Source: Erysipelotrichaceae bacterium OH741_COT-311 (GTDB taxonomy: Bacteria; Bacillota_I; Bacilli_A; Erysipelotrichales; Erysipelotrichaceae). From it: a stretch of DNA of 32,000 bases. A program made the position numbers and the translations under genes. Shown piece by piece: positions 27,403 through 32,000 of this stretch. How positions within the stretch are numbered: position 1 is the first letter of the stretch; the number at the start of each line of letters is the position of its first letter. Location: positions 1-32,000 of the forward strand of contig RQZE01000012.1 of assembly GCA_003858585.1 (NCBI GenBank), read 5' to 3'. The notes below the pieces were generated by a model. It worked only from the letters and a program-made list of their open reading frames with translations, was not told where the DNA came from and ran no database searches.

Positions 27403-28523
27403 ATATAGTCTAGCAAGTCTTCTTTTGTATTGTTGATTTTTTTATTTATGACAAATTCCAAAAGAGTTTTTAAAACGAAACTACGTTGTTTTGGCTCAAT
27501 ACTGGTAGGTAAGTCTTTGCCGGTGATGGCTAAGTGTTTTACATCGTATATGTCAATGGTATGCAATTTATCTAATTCGTTTTGATAGTTTAAATCACGC
27601 AGACTACATAGATATTGTAGGATGAGTGGATACTCCTTGGGATAGTTTTGCAAAAGGGTGAGGGCTCCTTTTTGATCTAGGGGATTATGTTGTTGATGGA
27701 TAATGGCATCGACTTGTTTTATGGTTTTCTTATCGTATTGTCGTTGTTTTAAAATGGTTTTATAGTCTTTATGATCTTTTAGTAAATGGGCTAGGCGTAC
27801 CGGTAAAAGGTTTGGTAGATGATTCATTGTTGTATCCATCGTATGGACTTGAAATAAAAAGTATAAAATCTTTGGATAATCTAAAAAAATAGCCGGGTGT
27901 TGGCTACATAGAATTTGGTTGGCTTCTTGTAGTAAACGAGCATTTGATATGTGGTTAAGCAAGCCTTGTTTTTCAAAAATGGCTTGTTTGGTTGTATCTT
28001 CAATCGTAAAGTGCAGTTGACTTGCAAAGCGGATGGCTCTAAGAATTCTTAGGGCATCTTCTTCAAAGCGTGCAAATGGATCATCAATACAACGAATGCA
28101 TTGGTGATGTAAATCTTTTAATCCATTGAAGTAATCAAGAATACCGGTATTCGGATGATAACATAAGGCATTGATGGTAAAGTCTCTTCGTCTACAGTCT
28201 TCTTGTAAAGAGGTTGTAAATTCAACGGTGGATGGAAATCGGTGGTTCGTATAGTTGCCTTCAATGCGATAGGTTGTAACTTCAACAGGATGGTTTTCTA
28301 CGATAATCGTAATGGTACCATGTTTCATGCCATGTGTTAAACATGGATACTCTTTAAACAACCCTAATAGTTCATACGGTTTGGCGTTGGTTGTGATGTC
28401 GTAATCTACAATAGGTAGGTTTAATAACGCATTACGAATAGAACCTCCTACAACAAAGGCTTCATAGTTATGAGTATTTAATGTTGTTAGTATTTTTTTA
28501 ATGTATTCTGGTAGAGTGATCAT
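27384..28523 (-). CDS. cca: CCA-adding tRNA nucleotidyltransferase
   Basis: GGSIRNALLNLPIVDYDITT and RRRDFTINAL are polymerase-beta nucleotidyltransferase head motifs. 379 aa. Confidence 0.85.
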   Translation of the reverse strand: MITLPEYIKKILTTLNTHNYEAFVVGGSIRNALLNLPIVDYDITTNAKPYELLGLFKEYPCLTHGMKHGTITIIVENHPVEVTTYRIEGNYTNHRFPSTVEFTTSLQEDCRRRDFTINALCYHPNTGILDYFNGLKDLHHQCIRCIDDPFARFEEDALRILRAIRFASQLHFTIEDTTKQAIFEKQGLLNHISNARLLQEANQILCSQHPAIFLDYPKILYFLFQVHTMDTTMNHLPNLLPVRLAHLLKDHKDYKTILKQRQYDKKTIKQVDAIIHQQHNPLDQKGALTLLQNYPKEYPLILQYLCSLRDLNYQNELDKLHTIDIYDVKHLAITGKDLPTSIEPKQRSFVLKTLLEFVINKKINNTKEDLLDYIKNNIQ

Positions 28524-28573
28524 AGTTACCTCTTTTTTATCATAGCAAACTTTTTTTTAAATTGTTAGTGGGA

Positions 28574-28606
28574 AACAAAAAAGAAGAAGAGTTCTCTCTT
28601 CTTCTT
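28574..28606 (-). terminator. Intrinsic terminator of the cold-shock gene
   Basis: On the minus strand: AAGAAGAAGAG-AGAA-CTCTTCTTCTT (11-bp stem) followed by TTTTTGTTT. Confidence 0.75.
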
Positions 28607-28648
28607 TCTTAATAGCTTTATTACTTGTATGACAATACCTGAGTGCTA

Positions 28649-28849
28649 TTATAGTTTTGTAACATTTGTAGCTTGTGGTCCACGTGAACCTTCTGTTACA
28701 TCAAATGATACAGCTTGGCCTTCATCTAAAGATTTGAAACCTTCAGTGTTAATTGCTGAATAGTGTACGAATACATCTTGTCCGTCTTCAGCAGTAATGA
28801 AGCCATATCCTTTTTCAGGATTGAACCATTTTACTTTACCTGTGCTCAT
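28649..28849 (-). CDS. Cold-shock protein (CspA family)
   Basis: [33 protein letters not shown] carries the RNP1/RNP2 motifs. 66 aa. Confidence 0.95.
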   Translation of the reverse strand: MSTGKVKWFNPEKGYGFITAEDGQDVFVHYSAINTEGFKSLDEGQAVSFDVTEGSRGPQATNVTKL

Positions 28850-29090
28850 CTACTTCCTCCATAACCATTGTACGACCTAATAAAAACACATCAATGAAAC
28901 TATACACGCATATCATTGATGTGAATCGTATAAGCTTTACACTTATATATCATAAACTCTATAAGATACGATGTCAATTCATTTTATAAAAATAAGGGTA
29001 TTTATCTTATTATTTTGTCAAAAGAATACAAATGGGGTTCGTATATTGAAGATTCTTATGTTATAATCTAATGGAATAGGAGGTATGATG

Positions 29091-29417
29091 ATGAAAGGTT
29101 TTACAGCAGTCGTAACAGATCCTGTGGGTATGCATTCAAGACCGGCAGTGGTTGTTGTTAATGCGGCTAATTGTTTTCAAAGTCAAATTTTAATTAAATA
29201 TAATGGGAAACAAGCAGATGTTAAGTCAATTATGAATTTAATTTCTTTAGGGATTCCAACACATGTTGAAATTGAAGTAGAATGTGTAGGGGAAGATGAA
29301 GAGTTAGCTTGCGAAACAATTAGAAAAACATTAATTCACGAAGGTATTATTGAAGTAGCGAAAGATCGTATTTCAAGTGCCGGCATTGATAACACATTTA
29401 AAAAAGAAGTTCTATAA
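29091..29417 (+). CDS. HPr-family phosphocarrier protein with a C-terminal extension
   Basis: GMHSRPA (His15-type site) and VKSIMNLISLG (Ser46-type site) are both present. The start is probably the third ATG (29091), 7 nt after AGGAGG (29078-29083); the track starts at 29085. The protein runs about 20 aa beyond a typical 88-aa HPr. Confidence 0.75.
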   Translation: MKGFTAVVTDPVGMHSRPAVVVVNAANCFQSQILIKYNGKQADVKSIMNLISLGIPTHVEIEVECVGEDEELACETIRKTLIHEGIIEVAKDRISSAGIDNTFKKEVL

Positions 29418-29419
29418 GT

Positions 29420-29448
29420 AAAAACGATTACCTAGGTAATCGTTTTTT
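29420..29448. terminator. Bidirectional terminator between the HPr-like gene and 29447..30088
   Basis: AAAACGATTACC/GGTAATCGTTTT palindromic stem around CTAG, with A- and T-tracts on both sides. Confidence 0.75.
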
Positions 29449-30088
29449 ATACTTTACGTTCTCTTGAGAAGCGATCAATTAATACATTTGCCACTAGCAT
29501 CAAGAAAATAATGGATAAGAAAGAAATAAGATAAAACATAAAGGTTGAAACATAAGGAAAAACAAAAACAATAATTCCTAAAGCAATCGCAAAGATTAAC
29601 ATATAAGTAATGGTACTTACAATTAAGTAGCGACGATATAGTTTTTGATAGTGTCGGTTTTTCATGTTGGTCAAGCCTTTTTGTTTTAAGGTATCGATGA
29701 GTGTTTCAAGGCGTGATTGTTGATCTAAGAAATTACGGTTGTTTCGATTGTTGATGCGTAGGAAAAAGCGATTACCGTTAAAACATTGAATGGTAATTAA
29801 GGTTACAAAGATTTGTTTGGTAATTTTAATACCTTGAATGTCATCGTATTTTAAGAAAGTAAAAGATGACGGTTTTTTAGGGTCAGTATAATTCATAATG
29901 ACTAATAATAAACCATGCGGATTGTGTAAAAGGAAAAGATAACGTAAAAACGATGTACAATTATAGCGTGTAATTGTACCTTGCATTAAGGCATTTGGGT
30001 GGAAGTCTTCTTGTCTTTTTAAAAGACCATATATGACTTCACGTTGTATCATACGCATAATGAGTTCTTCGTTGTAATTTACGTTCAT
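29447..30088 (-). CDS. Hypothetical protein with a C-terminal two-TM anchor
   Basis: The track ORF (to 30118) overlaps cysE. The internal ATG at 30088 (MNVNYNEEL...) follows GGGGTGA and removes the overlap. The C-terminus is YLIVSTITYMLIFAIALGIIVFVFPYVSTFMFYLISFLSIIFLMLVANVLI. Confidence 0.6.
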   Translation of the reverse strand: MNVNYNEELIMRMIQREVIYGLLKRQEDFHPNALMQGTITRYNCTSFLRYLFLLHNPHGLLLVIMNYTDPKKPSSFTFLKYDDIQGIKITKQIFVTLITIQCFNGNRFFLRINNRNNRNFLDQQSRLETLIDTLKQKGLTNMKNRHYQKLYRRYLIVSTITYMLIFAIALGIIVFVFPYVSTFMFYLISFLSIIFLMLVANVLIDRFSRERKV

Positions 30089-30102
30089 GTTATCACCCCA
30101 TT

Positions 30103-30639
30103 TTATTTTGCAATCCAATCTTGATTTGTTTCACAGACTAAGCGTGCCGGAATACCGACGGCTGTGCAGTGTTCCGGAACATCTTTTAAGACTACGGCAT
30201 TTGCTCCAATGCGAGCGTGTTTTCCAACGGTAATATTGCCCAGTACTTTAGCACCTGTACCAATGACAACGTGATCTTCAATGGTTGGATGACGTTTACC
30301 AAGGGTTGCTTTTACGCCACCTAAGGTTACATTGTGATAAAGTTTGACATAGTCTTTAATAATTGCTGTTTCTCCAATGACAACGCCCATACCATGGTCA
30401 ATAAATAATCCAATACCAATTTGAGCTCCCGGATGAATTTCAATACCTGTTAGAAAACGAGCCAATTGAGAAATCATGCGTGCCAGAAATTTTAGCTTAA
30501 TCTTGTATAAAACATGGGCAAGGCGATAAAAGCCTATGGCATGTATGGATGGATATAAGAAAAGAATTTCAAAGATACTGTTTGCAGCAGGATCACTTTC
30601 TTTAATGTGTTGAATTTGTGCTTTTAAATCTTTAAACAT
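30103..30639 (-). CDS. cysE: Serine O-acetyltransferase
   Basis: Hexapeptide repeats are present: [30 protein letters not shown]...[36 protein letters not shown]. 178 aa. Confidence 0.9.
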   Translation of the reverse strand: MFKDLKAQIQHIKESDPAANSIFEILFLYPSIHAIGFYRLAHVLYKIKLKFLARMISQLARFLTGIEIHPGAQIGIGLFIDHGMGVVIGETAIIKDYVKLYHNVTLGGVKATLGKRHPTIEDHVVIGTGAKVLGNITVGKHARIGANAVVLKDVPEHCTAVGIPARLVCETNQDWIAK

Positions 30640-30773
30640 AAGCTTACCTCAAATTTATTCTATCATTATACACTATCTATTAAAATTTGCGGTAGATAAG
30701 ACTTCCAGTACTTACATTTTACTATATTTCTTTTATATTTTAAAGAAAAGGCTTATTGGTTTAGTCAAAGTAT

Positions 30774-30802
30774 TTGCATTACCTATAAAATAAAAATATA
30801 AT
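30774..30802 (+). promoter_or_regulatory. Promoter of the leader-ORF/hflX transcript
   Basis: TTGCAT (30774-30779), a 17-nt spacer, then TATAAT (30797-30802). Confidence 0.6.
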
Positions 30803-30827
30803 TATTCTATTGAATGGAGGTTAGATC

Positions 30828-30857
30828 ATGAGCTGTTGTTGTCTAGGACGTAAATAA
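30828..30857 (+). CDS. 9-codon leader ORF MSCCCLGRK upstream of hflX
   Basis: GGAGG (30816-30820) lies 7 nt before ATG 30828. The reading is ATG AGC TGT TGT TGT CTA GGA CGT AAA TAA. It is downstream of the promoter above and 63 nt before the hflX start. Confidence 0.4.
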   Translation: MSCCCLGRK

Positions 30858-30920
30858 TAAATAAGAAGGAGTGTCTTAGAAGTTTTAAGTCATTACTTTC
30901 TTATAGAAGGGAATGATGAA

Positions 30921-32000
30921 ATGAGAAAAGCAATTTTAGCGGGATTTAACCTATCAAAACATGATGCGGAATTTCAACAATATATCGAAGAGTGCATTCA
31001 GTTGGCAAAGGCAAATCACATAGATGTAATAGATGTGATGATACAAAAAGGACGTAGCCTGGATCCAAAGAGTGTTTTTCGTTATGGAAAGTTAATGGAA
31101 CTTGCAGATAGGGCAAGAGAATTAGACGTGGATTGTATTATTTTCTATAATGAGTTATCGATTGTGCAATTAGAGCGCATTCAACAAGAATGCCAGTGTC
31201 CGGTTATTGATCGTACCAATTTAATTTTAGATATTTTTTCTTCACGTTCTAAGACAAAGATAGCGAAGCTTCAAACAGAGATGGCACGTATTAAATATAG
31301 TTTACCAAGAATTTTAAAACAGGAGTATGGTGTTGGAAATCAACGTGGTGGTAGTGCCAATAATAGAGGTGCCGGAGAAAGTCGTTTGGAGTTAGTAAAG
31401 CGTAATATTCGTTTTCAACTTACCGATTTAAAGAAACAGATTCAAGTCTTAAAGAAACATCAAGCATTGCAGGATCAATCTCGTAAGCATAATCCATTGA
31501 AGAAGATTGCATTAGTGGGTTATACCAATGCCGGAAAGTCGAGTTTGATGAATGCGATTTTAAAGAAAAATCAACGTTCAAAGGAAAAGATGGTGTTTCA
31601 AAAGGATATGTTGTTTGCCACATTGGATACTACAGTGCGTAACATTCAATTAGGGCATCATCAAGAGGCGTTGTTGTTTGATACGGTTGGTTTTGTTTCA
31701 AATTTACCACATTTACTGATTGAAGCGTTTCAATCGACGTTAAAGGCGGCGTGTGATGCCGATGTATTGATTCATGTTATGGATGCTAGTAATAGTCAGT
31801 TGGAATTACAAAGAGAGGTAACCATGGAGACATTAAGACAAATTCAGGCAGATCATATTCCAATAATTCATGTTTATAACAAAATGGATTTAGTAAAAGA
31901 TGCATCTTTGTTTGATGGTTTATGTATCTCTGCCATTCATCAAGAAGGGATTGATGCGTTATTGGATCAAGTGTCTAAGATCCTTTATCCCAATGAGTTT
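30921..32000 (+). CDS. hflX: GTPase HflX (3' end outside the window)
   Basis: It is not in the ORF track because no stop falls within the window. There are 360 uninterrupted codons from ATG 30921: MRKAILAGFNLS... Motifs present: GYTNAGKSSLMNAI (G1), DTVGF (G3) and NKMD (G4). The HflX N-domain motifs RTNLILDIFSSRSKTKIAKLQTEMARIKY are also there. Confidence 0.9.
   Translation, partial: MRKAILAGFNLSKHDAEFQQYIEECIQLAKANHIDVIDVMIQKGRSLDPKSVFRYGKLMELADRARELDVDCIIFYNELSIVQLERIQQECQCPVIDRTNLILDIFSSRSKTKIAKLQTEMARIKYSLPRILKQEYGVGNQRGGSANNRGAGESRLELVKRNIRFQLTDLKKQIQVLKKHQALQDQSRKHNPLKKIALVGYTNAGKSSLMNAILKKNQRSKEKMVFQKDMLFATLDTTVRNIQLGHHQEALLFDTVGFVSNLPHLLIEAFQSTLKAACDADVLIHVMDASNSQLELQREVTMETLRQIQADHIPIIHVYNKMDLVKDASLFDGLCISAIHQEGIDALLDQVSKILYPNEF

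Noticed and set aside
30640-30773. T-box or other riboswitch leader upstream of cysE (minus strand)
   Set aside because: The best -10 (TATAAT, minus strand, ~30 nt before the start) leaves a very short 5'UTR. No T-box consensus (AGGGTGGTACCGCG-like) or terminator/antiterminator pair is present.

Overview
This is a low-GC, Bacillota-type chromosomal segment with two very different parts. All family assignments come from motif-level recognition by eye, not from database searches. (1) nt 1 to ~9200 is an AT-richer accessory island. It starts with a decayed mobile-element-like module: a 5'-truncated Schlafen/AlbA_2-type ATPase-HTH remnant, a frameshifted replication-initiator-like gene and a sigma-70 region-4-like gene. 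About 15 co-directional small genes follow (1691-9113). At least seven look like polymorphic-toxin immunity families: 2x SMI1/KNR4, DUF4259, DUF4274, DUF4241, DMP19/DUF4375 and an Imm17-like protein. There is no toxin gene, several ORFs are decayed, and cassette-junction sequences are repeated. This toxin-less orphan immunity-gene island is my main candidate for the interesting system. (2) nt ~9700-32000 carries core genes. In order: PadR plus a HAAS/DUF4097 repeat protein, then rplK-rplA. Next is an AT-rich insertion holding an MscS-like channel, a DUF218/YdcF-like protein and two tandem small membrane-protein paralogues that share an 84-bp near-identical promoter block. Then come the L10 leader with rplJ-rplL, a YbxB-like methyltransferase, rpoB (1376 aa, with lineage-specific expansions) and rpoC. 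After rpoC: a TM/helical-repeat protein, gdhA, cca, a cold-shock protein, an HPr-family protein, a membrane protein, cysE and hflX. hflX is open at the window end and missing from the ORF track, and it is preceded by a 9-codon Cys-Cys-Cys leader ORF. I saw no rRNA, tRNA or CRISPR array.
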